From assembly GCA_965644295.1 (NCBI GenBank), contig CBFFRP010000149.1, forward strand, positions 195,671-259,670: a stretch of 64,000 nucleotides of DNA, in the 5' to 3' direction. A program made the position numbers and the translations under genes. Each line of letters opens with the position of its first letter. Positions within the stretch are counted from its first letter, which is position 1. Source of the stretch: Paraphysomonas bandaiensis. Lineage: Eukaryota > Protista > Chrysophyceae. Below are positions 11,340 to 26,843 of the stretch, piece after piece. Under the pieces are notes generated by a model. The model was given only the letters and a program-made list of their open reading frames with translations. It did no database searches and was not told the DNA's origin.

Positions 11340-14300
11340 TATACGGCGTGGAGAACCAGCAGATTTCTCTGATGAAGATGAAGCTAATATGATCGAGGAT
11401 GTTATGTTGTCATGCCAAATATATGAAACAAATATCTGTAGTGTGAATGATGACATCCATTACACTTATACTGGCACCTGTTGTTCATCATCAATGTTCT
11501 TGATGAATGATGTAACCATGCTTGATAATCATATGAGTACATCAAAGGTAATTAACGGTTCTAAAAAGGATCAGAGATTCGGATCACGAGTGTGGGTTCC
11601 CGTGTGGAGCATGGAGGGACATTGAAATATCAGAGCAGATAAATCGATGCCTGTGCTCTGGACGTAAACTAAATGAAATGGGTTATCGATTTACGGTATG
11701 GTATGGAATACTAATATATAACAGTACAACTGGTGAGCTGGTGCTGGAGGTACCCATAAAGAATGGAATGACTGCAGTGCCAACTCAGCAGCTCTTGGAG
11801 CTGCCAGATGTGTCGACACCGAGTGATTGTGAAGTGAATCTAAGCGATAGGACTGGTGAGGATGAGCTCGAATTGCTACATCGGAGAGCGGGTCACTTCA
11901 ACACACACAAAAGTGGAAGCACACAAAAGAGGATGCTCATCATGGACACGGGGTTGAAACGAAAACACCTCTCGGCTAGAGTACATAAAAATCAATGTCT
12001 GTGTGATGTGTGTGCCAGGTCTAAAATAACCCGAGTCAGCTTCCGAACGAAGGACGAGAATTCCATTAGACCAAATTTTTCAGCAGATATAGCTGTGTGT
12101 ACTTAAATTGTCCTGCTCGAGGAGGAGAGAGGTATGTGTTGAAAATAACGCATCATGCAAGCAAAATGTTCTGAGCGACGGGTCTAGTCAACAGAACTGG
12201 TGAAGCGGTATTAGAAGTCTTCAAAGAGCTGTTTAAAGGTGATGTTAAAAGGTACAAGCTCAAGATGGATCATTACCACATGCAGATGGTGCAGGAGAGT
12301 TGATCAGTGAAGAGCTGCGTCAGTATCTTAGGTCACATGGAGCTCAACAGACTCTCCGGAGATGAATGCCATAGAGGAAAGGAAGTTCAGAACTGCTGGA
12401 GAGATGACCCTTGCAATGTTAATCCAATCTGGACTGCCACCGCAATTTTGGCTGGATGCTCAGCAGGCAGGGTGCACCGAGAGATAGTGTATGACGTGTA
12501 TTGGTTGTGTGATGGGTATGTTGTATATGGTTATGCTACACTTATCTTCTCTCGTTGAGCCGAGTTCGTGCAAGAGGCTCATGTTGTACTGAGAGACAAT
12601 AGTAGTGTATCACGTGTATTGTTTGTGTGATGGCAATGGGGTGAACTACAGTTCAATTGAGTGAGAAAGTGATAAATATTCATGGACTTAGTGTGTATTG
12701 TTCATACAGTGAAAGGAAAGTTATATGATGTAATGTATTCATGATCGTACGTAAGTTGTATATTTAAATCACAAGTGGCTAGAAACAATGTAGCTACGAG
12801 TAGGGCAATGACTGCTGGCATCATGATGATCAATGGGTTGACAGTGGTAGTATGAGGGCAGATAACGTGGTTGCTGGTAAGCAAAAAAGCGCTTCTGTTA
12901 CATATCCTCTATGAGACTTAAAATTATAATAAGATTAATATTTTTTGTTGTCTCTAACCCCTAATTAATACCACAAATAGAATAGTTTCTTTAACATTTA
13001 TTTCTACTTAAATACTGTAAAAAATACTCCTAAATTTCCCAAAATATCGTAAAATTCCCACGTTTGCATAATGTTTACTTAACGTATCATAGCGTTTTGT
13101 TATGCCGATCTTGAGGAGGATGTTTATATGGCACCTCCACCTGATGAAGACTTGCCAGCGGGGTGGTGTTTTCAATTGATCAAGGCCTTCTTATATGGGT
13201 TGCGGTCATCACCGAGGCAGTGAAACAAACATATTGACAAGTTTATCAAATCTTTACATTTTACTGCTTGCAGTTTAGATAATACATGCTTATATATGCG
13301 ATGGAGTAATGGTCAATTGCACTTATATTGCTGATATTTATGTTGATGATATTATTATTGCATCTGCTGATCTCACCTACTTAGAAACTGTTAAACGTAG
13401 GTTCTGCGAAACGTTTGAAATGCACAATCTGGGTGTGTGCAAACGGTTTCTGAATATCCGAATATTACGAGAGGTGAAGACTGGTACATGTTAGATCAAT
13501 CGGAATATGCCAAGAATATTGTCAAGAAATAATTCAGTTCGTTTATATGGGAAAGAGCAGTAAGAACAAGGAGACTCCACTACTTACCAATGTTCAGGAT
13601 TTGTTGGCAGAGCAACGTGAGCTGACGGAGGAGCAGAAGCAGTGGGTCGAATCATTTCCGTATAGAGGAATTATTGGAGCGGTGTTACATTTGGCGATTC
13701 ATTCTAGACCTGATCTGGCTTATGCTGTGGGATTATTGGCTCGATTTAGTACTTCTCCAACATATGCGGCTTGCAGATTAGCTATTCATTTGTTGAAATA
13801 TTTACGTGGTACAGTTGATAAGGGCATCAGATTCAGTGGGAGTGAGTTTGATTTACATGTATTCAGTGATTCAGACTGGGCTGGTGATAGGATGACTCGG
13901 CGGTCCACAACGGGATACATGTGCGGGCGCTTTGGCCTGGCAGTCCAAAATTGCGACTTCGAGCATGGAATCTGAGTATATGGCGGAGTATGCGGCTATG
14001 CAAGAACTGGTGTGGCTTCGGGGGGTGTTCAAGGAGCTCGGACTCTTGGTAGCGAAGCCGACTCCATTCATTAGGGATAGTAAGAGTGCAAAGGGTCTTT
14101 CAGAGAATCCAGTGTATCATAAGAGGTCGAAGCATATTGACATCAAGTATCACGGGATAAGAGAACATGTTAATGGAAAATTTCCTACAGCAAAGTTGAT
14201 TCATGTATCTACGGATGATATGACGGCCGATAATTTTACTAAGGCATTGTCCACGAAGACCTTCAGCCGTCATGAGGAAATGATTACCGGGGTTAAGAGG

Positions 14301-14804
14301 AGTGTGTCTAACAGAGTGGAGGAGCAGCAGAAGAAACGACCCCGAAGAGGTTAATGGTGTGTTTTAGTGGGTGAAAATCCTACATAACTGTATATCTAGT
14401 TGACTGCTAGTTATATATGTATCTATAAAAGAATTCACATCTGTTTTACCTATGGGACTAGATAGTCATAGCATTATCAGATTATTGTGATCACTGTTGT
14501 TTTATCTCACTGCATTCTACATTGAGTGGGAGTATTAGAATATGGATCTTATTCTAGTATATTCAGTATGTCACTTGAAGACAATGTACGAGAATACAGT
14601 GAAATATAGTGATGTACAAATATTGAGAAACTGAAATAGTTTGATCTTTCAAGATATGTTCAGTAACGAGAGGTTCGCATATGTAGGATTAAAATGAGTT
14701 AGTGTTGGTTATCACAACTTCGTGTAAACGATATTAATAAATCTATCTAGTCTTACGACAAATTCTCTCTGTGATCTAGCTTAAAATGAGCAATTTTCAA
14801 TACA
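11340..14804 (+). mobile_element. Degenerate Ty1/Copia LTR retrotransposon: GAG-pre-integrase, integrase remnants, RT, RNase H, PPT and probable 3' LTR
   Basis: LHRRAGHF...CDVCARSK; ADLEEDVYMAPP; YVDDIII; YRGIIGAVLHLAIHSRPDLAYAV; FSDSDWAGD..TRRSTTGY; HKRSKHIDIKYH; DMTADNFTKAL. PPT ttgagtgggag at 14522-14532. Many stops and frameshifts; unrelated sequence interrupts ~12470-13090. Confidence 0.92.
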
Positions 14805-14964
14805 AGAAATGCAATTATGAGATTGGTTCCAACGCCCCTTACAACTCCGCTTTGCTATCATCCTACTAGACTTTAGTTTTTATACTTCAAGTGTATTCTC
14901 CAAATTTTATTATTTTCCTAATTCGATACGTATCCCTCATTAAATAAATCTTAATTAATTCTTC

Positions 14965-16457
14965 TTATAAGTTATAAGCATACATAAACAGTTCGTCAGC
15001 TAACTCACAACACTTCTCTTCAAAATCATACTCAATATTTTCCTCCTTGCTATAGTCCAAGTGACAATGAATTACATTCAGTAGCACTGCAGTCAAAGTA
15101 AAATTGTGAATGCACCCTAGATCACTTGAGATATTCTTGCCCCCCTTACGGTGGGGGAAGAAACGGTCATGCATAGATTTATTAAATAAATCGGATACAT
15201 TGAATATCACTTTGTAGTGGTCATACAAGGGCACAATGTGGGTGATTTGCGTGGAGTGGTGTTTCGTGAATGCATTGGACAATACATACTTCTTGCTAAA
15301 TGCGCTATCCACATCCCAGTAACATACAAATGTTTCTTTCGTTTCAGGGTTATGAACCCCCGCCCACTGCCCTGGAATAGTCACTTTATCCTTTACCGAG
15401 TCCACTAAATCCCCAAAATGTTCCCTTCTCACTGCAGCCACGTAATTAACCCTGTCCTCATTGATTTTGGCAGCATCAGCCTTGCGAAGGTAATAGGAGT
15501 CAAAGGTAAGCACCGTTTCGGGAGATCCCTTGTCCTTTACTATTGCCGCCCACATCCTGACCACTGAGCTGGTGAGAATAGATGCCTCCTCGGCAGGATT
15601 GGTGTGGTGCAGCTTAAACCACGCCAGAAAAGGCAATCTATTGGACAGCATTACGCTCAACGGATAAAACCAGAGACCCATACGATCGGGCTTCGTCAGT
15701 AAAAGTCGCGAAGAGTGGGAATTGCCTGTAACGTGCAACAATTTTTCGTCTCCAGCAACACTTTCACCGATGTGTTGGATCAAATTTAGCAACTCAGCGA
15801 CCAAAAAATCTATCAATTCGGGTCTAAATATGGCATTACTAATTAGTCTTGCTGCACGTGATATACCAAGCGTCTTCTCTACACCAGGAAGTGAATGAAA
15901 GTGATCCAATGCTTCAGAAATTGCTGTATGTAATGGACGTGGATCTTTAGTATTACTGTGAGGTACACGTTGTCTTCCTTGTATTCTAATTTGAACAGCA
16001 AGGCACATATACACTAAACGTATAGTAGGATTTAATGCTTTGTTTCTAGATGGACAAAGTAGTAATCCCGCATGAGGTATCACATCAATCATTCTCTGTA
16101 TAAGAGATGATGGAATAATCCGTATAAATATAGATAATAATGATTGATTTCCATGTAAGTTCCATATGACATGAACAGGATTATATACAGGAGCTGTCCA
16201 TCTCATCTGATCGTGATGTTTGTCAAGATGAATGAAACCATGTGGTATCTTTTTTTCAATACGAGGAATTTTATAATTATGTTTTTCAGTGTTATATTCA
16301 TTTAATGATCTGTATGTGTATATATGTATATATGAGATCTTAATAGAGTTATATACATATACAGATACACATATATATCAGTACATGTATAGAAGTACAT
16401 ATATATTAGTACATAATCTCATATACTATAATTCACTTACTTTCTAATCTCTGGCAT
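14965..16457 (-). CDS. piggyBac-family (DDE_Tnp_1_7-type) transposase-derived protein; intact, 2 exons
   Basis: Catalytic-triad contexts VAGDEK, LTFDSYY and YKVIFNVSDLFN, plus KPDRMGLWFY. Exon 1 (16457-16441) and a GT-AG intron (16440-16310) join in frame to ORF 14965-16206, giving about 453 aa. Confidence 0.8.
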
Positions 16458-16849
16458 ATTGACTTCTATCTTCAGTATCTTCTGGAAGAATAACTTTATG
16501 AAATCATATGCATAGCTAGCTATTAACACTCTGCTGGCTGTGTGGAGTAGTGCGGTATGCTGCATATTGCAGATTTCTTGAATAGGTGTACTTTTCATAT
16601 CGTAGTAGGGTACATGTCGTGCAGTACATTGTAGTGTTGGACACATATACTGTGCTCTGTTCTTGCGTACTACTGCACTGCCACTCTTGTGCTACAATAC
16701 AGCAGTACATCCCCCACAATAACTAGTGCAGTACATGTCGATAGGTACCTACCATTGCAGTACACCCAACTGTCAATGCATCAAAGCACATCATCGTCCC
16801 TCATTCATTACTTCTACCATTACACACCCAGTTACATACAAATAAACAG

Positions 16850-17401
16850 ATGATCCGCCACACCTATCATATAAAACATCTCCATAGAATGAGAGTATCT
16901 TCTCGAAGCATTTCTATTAAGAGATATCACATATCAGGCAACGGAAACGGTCCCAAAACAAGTTTATACATAAATAACAGTTTAAATCCTGTTATTACTG
17001 ATTTACCAAAGAGTATGGGAGGAGAAAACACTGGACCACAGCCTGTAGAATTGTTATTGGCATCATTGTGTGGATGTGAGCAAGCAACAGCGCAGTTTGT
17101 TGCAAGAAATATGAGACCTCGTGTTGTTATCGATAGAATAGAGTATGATATTAGAGCTGAAAGAGATCAGCGAGGTGCATTGACACTTCCAATTGGAAAT
17201 AACACTGGTATCGTGCCTTCCCGACTCAGTCGTATATGGGGAACAGCGAAGGTGTTCACCTCAGCCTCACAAGATGTTGTCAACACTATTGCAGCGGAAG
17301 TGAAGATGCGCTGTCCAATTGCAAACATGGTAGTTTTGTCTGGATGTAAATTAGAAATTGAATTTATTAAATGTGAGGAAGGTATAAGCAAAAATAAGTG
17401 A
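16850..17401 (+). CDS. OsmC/Ohr family protein with a probable organellar presequence
   Basis: DLPKSMGGENTGPQPVELLLASLCGC and CPIANM (two catalytic Cys); Arg/Ser-rich N-terminus. Confidence 0.9.
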   Translation: MIRHTYHIKHLHRMRVSSRSISIKRYHISGNGNGPKTSLYINNSLNPVITDLPKSMGGENTGPQPVELLLASLCGCEQATAQFVARNMRPRVVIDRIEYDIRAERDQRGALTLPIGNNTGIVPSRLSRIWGTAKVFTSASQDVVNTIAAEVKMRCPIANMVVLSGCKLEIEFIKCEEGISKNK

Positions 17402-17597
17402 ATAAGAATTCATGTATATAAGTGAACTACAGATATATGTACCTACATGGCATTTGGATGTATCGAAGCTCGTGATGTTTATTGCACCTTCTCTACTTCT
17501 CTACATCAGAATGAGGTGTTGTCGGACTAGTTCTATTATATAATACAGATTCATTGGTCGCAATGCTGGAGATAGTTTGTTTAGAGATTCATCTTCT

Positions 17598-17835
17598 CTA
17601 GTCCTCGAGTTGTCGATGTTCTGATTTAAGTTCCCGTTCTGCAGCTAGTAGTTCTTGTGCATTTGATGGCAACGGAGCTTCCTTATTCTTTCTACTGTTC
17701 CCCATGACATATTTGAATTTCTGAATCACTTTCTCCGCATACTTTGATTGATCTAGTTTGAACCAGACTGTTCCTCTCGTGATTCGGATATTGAGGAAAC
17801 TCTGGCACTCTCCCATATCCCTCATTTCAAACGTT
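17598..17835 (-). mobile_element. Inverted Copia RT fragment
   Basis: MRDMGECQSFLNIRITR...LDQSKYAEKVIQKF; an inverted near-copy of 18290-18445 plus 19756-19825. Confidence 0.85.
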
Positions 17836-18445
17836 ATTTATCTAAATTCGCATAACAGAATGCCGAGCTCACATCCACCTGGTGTAAATGCAAAATTTAC
17901 TGATGAACACGAAGTGCAGGGTCATGTTCATGAACCAAACAGCCAGACGAATAGAGGGGAAAGCTTACCAGCAGCTAGATGTGAGCTCGGCATTCTGTTA
18001 CGCGAATTTAGATAAATAATGTGTACATGTACCCACCTCCAGATGAGGAGCTCAGCGATGGATGGTGCTTCCAGTTGATAAAAGCATTATGCGGATTACG
18101 GTCGTCACCACGTCAATGGAATCGCCACATATTTATCAAATCAATGAAATTCAAAGCATGCATTCTTGATACTTGTCTTTATTATCGTCGGGATCATGAA
18201 AACTCACATTATTACTGTTGTATGTGGACGATATCATAATCGCATCTGTGGACCTTGAGATTCTGATATTCGTCAAGGACAAATTCTGTCAGACATTCGA
18301 AATGAGGGATATGGGAGAGTGCGAGAGTTTCCTTAATATCCGAATCACATGAGGCGAAAACTGGTTCAAGCTAGACCAATCACAGTATGCGGAGAAAGTG
18401 ATTAAGAAGTTTAAATATGTCATGGGGAATAGTAGCAAGAATAAG

Positions 18446-19747
18446 CAGGGATAGGGAAAAATATATTTCAATACTATTGTTAGATAGCGTTCCATCAATA
18501 GTATTGATGGAGTTTCTTAACCGGCCCTACAATACTATTGCAATATAGTGCAATATATTAGTATGACTAATTAGTAAGTAAATACATCCGTAGTTTTTAG
18601 TACTTGTCATTATAAGGTCTAAGGTCACTTGATAATCAAACCCACTACTCTTAACTAATCGAAAGTTTCCTCATACTCATCCTCTGAGCCATCATCGGTG
18701 ACGTCATCATCACCATATTCATTCAATACTAATTGAAATATGCTTTCATCCGGCCACAACTGTCGGTTATCTTTCAGAAACAACAGCATATTAAGTGTAG
18801 TAGGATGCATACGTTTGCGCAACACTAATATAATCAGTTTTGCTGCGCTGAACAGGCGTTCACATGTATTGGTATTGGTAGTACATACTACCTGACTCGT
18901 GCACCTGTACTTAGATATTTCAATTTCCCGTTTCTTAAATTTTTGATCTGATTGAAGAATTTTTTCCGCATAGCCGACTTTAGCTTTTCGTCATCCTCTG
19001 TATTGTTGCAATAATCACTGTCTGAACGGAGGTTTATATACATGGACTTATATTGTTTACCCTACAGTTCCCTCAACAAAGTCGGACTCGCACCTTTTCG
19101 TGGTGTTCTGGGGGATAAATACCGGAGAGATTCTCTCTGGGAAACTAACGTGAGCCGCAAACTTAGACAGCAGATATTGTTCTGCCCACACATAGCCGAA
19201 TGCTTGTGTGGTACAAGGGACACCAATAAGTGTCACTTGTGTAGACGTCTTTGGGCCCTGACGAATAAACAGGCATCCGGAAATGGGCCCACCTGAAGGG
19301 TAACCGGGGTATTGGGCTGCCTGCTAAAGTCAAGCATCCGGGATGTTCACCTTAAGAACTCAGAACGGAAGTGGTTGCACCTTGGTGCTTGCGGCGACGC
19401 ACAAGCAGCTTCTGTAGCGCTAAATAGTAGGATAAAAGAGTTTGTACTGGTTAGTTACTGGTAGAGGTCTAACTAGGTTGACTAGCATTCATCTAGCTAC
19501 TAAATCGGTGCAGGCTTTCAACGCCTATTGCTAAATAAAAGACTTTCACTAGACTACCCTACAGTTAAGAAACTTGCTGTATATATATGACTATCATAAT
19601 ATTGATTGCAAAATATTGTGAGCTACTATAACAGAAACAATATTGATAGAATATTTGACCAGCCCACCAATCAATATATTTTACAATACATTGCAAATAA
19701 TATATTGTACAATGTATTGCAATACAATATATTGTTCCCTATCTCTG
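18446..19747 (-). mobile_element. Non-autonomous hAT element with 22-bp TIRs and 8-bp TSD
   Basis: Left end cagggatagggaaaaatatatt; right end (rc) cagagatagggaacaatatatt (20/22). TSD agaataag (18438-45) and ataataag (19748-55). The minus strand at ~18657-18890 encodes a hAT dimerisation domain: TNTCERLFSAAKLII..RKRMHPTTLNMLLFLKDNRQLW. Confidence 0.9.
19058..19566. mobile_element. LTR-like repeat (family 2) nested in the hAT element
   Basis: Similar to 37735-37930 and to rc 45250-45330 (gcaccttttcgtggt, aactaacgtgagcc, acttgtgtagacg, cacaagcagctt). Bounded by a 12-bp direct repeat taccctacagtt. Confidence 0.6.
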
Positions 19748-20526
19748 ATAATAAGGAAGCTTCATTGCCATCGAATACACAAGAACTACTAGAGTTGAAG
19801 AACGGGAACTTAAATCAGAACACAAGGACTGGGTCTCAAAGTTTCCGTACCGTAGTATTACTGGGGCAATCCTGAATCTCGCACTACATACAAGCATACA
19901 AGACCAGATCTCGCCTATGCCATTGGACTACTATCGAGATACAGTAGTAAGCCTACGTATGCATCTTGTCGATTAGCAACTCATTTATTGAAATACTTGA
20001 GAGGAACGACGAATAAAGGGATCAAATTCAGTGGAACTAAGTTTGATTTACATGTGTTCAGTGATGCGGATTGGGCAGGTGATATACTCACGAGACGTTC
20101 GACTACGGGATATATGATATATTGTATTCTTATGTGCTAGAGCTATTGCACGGCAGTCGAAATTAGAAACCACGGCTGCTGCATCCGCATGGGCATGGAG
20201 TTCGAATAGTATATGCTGCAATGCAAGAATCGGGGGGTGCTCCGCGAACTAGGACTATCTTAGAGAACCATACGTATTCCAACATAAAAAAGCATATACT
20301 AATATCTAGATTCAAAGGAATACAGGCTCATAAAAGACTGGTCGGCTAATACCTCATATAGCGGCTAGTATTAATTACCAAATTCTGCTAATAGATCCTA
20401 ACCCATATGGATAGCACGTTGCACTAGCACGACTGTTGACGCGTAACCATACCGTGGACACTCGCATAAAGAAAATCACCATTCTTCAGCTGCTTCGACC
20501 AACACTTCATTCAAGTTGTACACAAA

Positions 20527-22307
<1,781 letters not shown>

Positions 22308-22383
22308 TTTTAATGTTAATTTAGTTAATTATATAGTGATTATGTTAGTTAATGCAGGTATATTATGGTATAGTGTGTTGATT

Positions 22384-22527
22384 GGCGGTCAGCATCTTCT
22401 TTTTCGGAAATAAATTGAAGTAAATATACGCTACATTATTGATATACAACTACGGCTGAAATACAGATAATTGTTGTCTCAATATTAGAGGCATCTTGGA
22501 ACAAAAATATATAAAGGATGCCGATAC
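22384..22527 (+). repeat. ~145-bp dispersed MITE-like element, copy D
   Basis: cggtcagcatc...acaactacggctgaaatacagataattgttgtctcaatattagaggcat...aaggatgccgatac. Confidence 0.85.
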
Positions 22528-23029
22528 CCATTGTATGTATGTTCTATGGAAATATACAGATGCTGGAGTCCATACATCCCGTTTAATTTAGAACAGATTA
22601 CGTTAATATCTTTTACGGGTGTTATGTTTTTTTTGGGTATAATTAAACGGGTTGTTTGGAGATTTAGTGAGAGGGTTGAAAGAAAATGTTGGAATCGAAA
22701 CATCCCGTTCGATTAGTATACACGGATTGTATGGAGTTTTAGCGAGAAATTTTCAGTTCATTTTCGTCGCTTCAAGATACTATATGTACCCTCTCACACT
22801 TCATCTTTCAATCTACCATTTCCTACATATATATGTATACGCCATATGGATCTCCTCCCCTCTCACCATATAATAAATACACGTATATAAAAGAAGCCAT
22901 CATATCATTATACTGAACTGTATAGTACATACATAAGCATCTAATCATCACCTCTTCATAGGTACATTACTTACTATTGCAAGTATCCTGACCATTATTA
23001 GATAGTTTACTATAGTAAATCAATTAACA

Positions 23030-24352
23030 ATGGCAAGTAAAGGTAAGTTAATGATGGAGATTATAATGATGTGAGTGATTATATACAGGGTCTTCTCGTA
23101 CAGGCAGTAAAGATGATGGAAAAAGTTTAAAACAAACTAGAAGACGTCTATCTGTAATGAGTGATAATAAACTAATTGAGGGGATGGATTCTGTTAATTT
23201 AGATGGGAAAGAAACTGAGGTAACGTCTATTACACTGCACTGCATATATACATATGCAAATCTACGTATGCATACATATGCACATATACATATACGTAAT
23301 AAATCTATTCTAATATCTTATACTAATATATTTGATAGACTGTTGCTGCTGCCGCTCCTTCGAGTGGAGGTTTTATTGTTAATTCATACGGTGGATACTC
23401 CAAGAAAGGTTACGCACCTTATAACCCCAAGAAGAAGAACCAGGATGCACTTATAATGGCTGAAGATCCCAAAACTAGAAGTTTACTGTTGTGTGTACTT
23501 GATGGTCACGGCGAGGATGGTGATAAAGTTGCACAGTCTATAAAAGGAAAGCTCGCAAATTATCTTTTCAAGCACAGAGAATTTGCGACAAATGTTAGAA
23601 ATGCTATAACAGATGTGGTAGCGAAGATCGAGGGAGAAGTACTGCGCGGTATGTGTTACTATTTTAGAGTTTTATTTCTTATATTTTCGTTTCAGATATG
23701 TCTATTGAAACCGATTTCTCCGGCACTACTTTCACTTGCTGCCTCATTCGTGGAAATACTTGTATTTGTGCAAATATTGGAGACTCTCGCAGTACTATTG
23801 GATATCGTAATGATTCCGGAGGGATAACAGCCGTTGCACTCACCGAGGACCACAAGCCTGACCTTCCCGCTGAAAAGGTGCGTAAGTATAAATTGTGCAA
23901 AGTATGTATTGTCATCATAGAGTCTATAGGCCCGCATAGAGGCGAAAGGTGGACGTGTTTTTGCAGTGGAATATGATGACGGAGTGGACGGACCTCCTCG
24001 TGTCTGGCTGGGTCATATGGACGTGCCTGGTCTTGCCATGAGCCGATCCCTCTGCGACGCTGTTGCACACTCTGCTGGTGTGTCATCTGAGCCGGAGTTT
24101 GTCGAATATGAGTTTAGCCAAGGACGCGAGGACTTGATTCTTGTTCTTGCGTCAGATGGACTATGGGAGTTCATGAGCGACCAAGAAGTGATGGACATCG
24201 CAGTCAACACCACTGAGCCGAGGTACGCTGTAGATAAGCTCATTAGTGAAGCCAATGAGCGATGGATGCGCGAGGAACAGGTCATTGATGATACTACTGT
24301 ATGCGTGGCGTTTCTTGGTAACTTTATGGCCAATGGGGGTGACTCCAAGTAA
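23030..24352 (+). CDS. Protein phosphatase 2C (PPM family), 5 exons
   Basis: GYSKKGYAPYNPKKKNQDA, VLDGHG, SGTT, ANIGDSR, DHKPD, PGLAMSRSLCD, LASDGLWE, DDTTV; GT-AG introns. Confidence 0.95.
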
Positions 24353-24954
24353 AATTTCCCGTCTAATTCGACCCGTGACACGGATGCATCTAGATAGTGG
24401 ATCAATCGCAGTGATATAATGTCATGTGTGCGATATGGTATGATAGGAAACAAGCTGCCAAACAGCGCTAATCATATATATCAATAATAATAGACTAGCA
24501 CTGTTCACACACAGTCTAAATTGTGATCATGACATTCGAATCACTGCAACTGAACTAATTGTATCAATCATCCTTCAATTTGTATTCAATATTTTTTGGC
24601 TCGGGTGATAGAATTTCGCAGTGTTCTGATCAGGGCAACAACTAAATGTCAAATAATTGGCTCCGGTTGCAGTCAATTATAATTCCAATTTTTCTTGTCG
24701 TCCCTAATAATTGACACTAAACTACGAACGTATATAGCAATACATTAACATAGCTTGCTCAGTAGTGCGTTGTCTCATTCCAGAGGAGTTAAAATATTAT
24801 GCTAATATTACTATTGACAAGCTCCTGTAACTTTATGAAAGATAAATATTTTCAGAAATCGACAAACAGAACATTTTAGTAAGTAAAATTACCTTTACCT
24901 GTACAAAACCTAGATTTAATGTGGCCTAATTAGACTAAATACATATGCACTACA

Positions 24955-25494
24955 CTATAAATTATGATCATTATCGTCATCAGATACTTCAGAAGTGCTG
25001 GGTTGTTCTGAATCGCTTTCAGCAGGACTATACTTTTTCTTCGCCCGTCTAAAGAGAGCGTGAAATCTTCACAGAAAAGTATATATATATACGAACCTTG
25101 CGGCTTTCTGCTTTCGTCGCTTCAATTTATCATGTCTTTTCCCCAGTCTACTGTCTTTGCCATTCTGCATGTGGTCAATTTTATCACGTAGAATTCTTCT
25201 TGCAATTTTACGGTTAACTGATAATTCTCTATCATACTTTAAGATTAAAAACTATATAAATACTTAGTCATATTACCTTTGTTCTTGACATATTACTTTG
25301 ATCCCAGTTGGTATGTGTGTTAACTGTACACAACTAGATCGCTTGTTTACACTCTGTCCACCAGGACCAGAGCCCTTTACAAACTTTTCAATTAAGTCTT
25401 TTTCATCGATTACTATTGAAAACATTCGATTAGGTAAGTTCCATGTATAACTTGGCTTCCATAACTTGCTCAGGGTCGATATATATGCAAACAT
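24955..25494 (-). CDS. MTRFR: Mitochondrial translation release factor in rescue (C12orf65-like GGQ protein), 3 exons
   Basis: [38 protein letters not shown]|[16 protein letters not shown] followed by a basic tail. Confidence 0.85.
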
Positions 25495-26125
25495 ATGCAA
25501 CAATATGCCGTATTGATAAACTCGTATTACAGATAACTAGAATGCATGCAATAGACCTATCTTACATCTATTGCATGTAGATGTATTCCTGTAGACTTTA
25601 ATGATATACAATAATGCACAGTTGTTGAATATGGCTAGAACCACCTGAATGTTTGTTGTTAATATGACTCGTACTGCATTGTAATGATGGTTACTTGAAT
25701 ATTTCCATATATTAACTGTTTGGGATATTAAAACCACAGATATATACATAAATATGCTATTTTAGGATGTTGAAAATTGGAAATATGTAATTTCCTAGTT
25801 CTGGTTGGTGAATTTACCCGGACACGGACGAAATACGGATCTATACTACCAGTGGAGTGTGAGAGGTGATCGAAGCCACTGATAGACCCCACTGCTGTAT
25901 ACAGATGCTGTAGTCAGACACCATCCGCACAGTAATGTATGTATGTATGTCTACATATACACACATACATACACCATCCGCACATTAACATTCATAACAT
26001 ACACATATATATATATATATATAACACTGAATAGTCATATATATAATTCATTGACTATAAATATCAGAGTTAATAAACTGGATTAAAATAATAGTTATTC
26101 AGTCTATATTTAACTAGTAAAAGAT

Positions 26126-26843
26126 ATGAATTTCTTAACTAGAAGCCGTTGTATGAAACTTAAAGAGTTATGCTCATATCGTTCATTATGCAGTGCTGTA
26201 TCTGATACAAGTGCTCAAACAACTGGAAGAATGAAGCACAGAGTACCAAAGAAAAGGTAAATTAATTTAATAATAAATTCTATATGTTTTTTTAATAGTA
26301 GTTTAATAGAGCATCTAAGCTACATCTACAACTAAAGCTTGAAGCATTTGAGAAGCTAAAGAATGGTCGTCAATGGCCTGAAATAAAAGCAGGAGATGCT
26401 GTTGAAATTAAAGTATGAGATGTTATGTTGAAGGAAACCTGTTGTTTACATTTGTATTGCAGAGACTGGACTACATGACTGCGACCGAAGCGGATACCAT
26501 TAGAGGAGTTGTGATCGCGGTGACTAGCAGATTCAGTGATTCAGCTATATCTATTCTTAACGTATGTAAATTACATTATTTTTTTTGTTAACCATGTGAC
26601 ATTTTCCGTGCAGTATGAGTACGGCACGCCTTTCTTCAGGCGCATAGTTTTGTATAACCCTCTGGTTCAAGATGTCAAGGTAATATTTGTCGAGCTTTAT
26701 TGCAGGATGTGTCGTCATGATTTTCCGTTTCTGTGTAGATCCTACAGAGAGCATTCATCCACGATGGCAAGAAGAGAGTGCGGAGATCGAAATTATACTA
26801 CTTACAAGACCGTGACCCGAAGCACTATACTGTTAAATATTAG
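26126..26843 (+). CDS. MRPL19: Mitochondrial ribosomal protein bL19, 5 exons; not shown as one ORF in the track
   Basis: Spliced: WPEIKAGDAVEIK|...IRGVVIAV..RFSDSAISILN|YEYGTPFFRRIVLYNPLVQDVK|ILQRA..KRVRRSKLYYL. Confidence 0.88.

Larger units (their letters stand above)
18015..20260 (+). mobile_element. Copia RT/RNase H remnant interrupted by a hAT element
   Basis: YMYPPPDE...LIKALCGLRSSPRQWN, YVDDIII, RPDLAYAIGLLSRY, FSDADWAGDILTRRSTTGY. KNK|EASLP is rejoined when 18446-19755 is removed. Confidence 0.88.
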
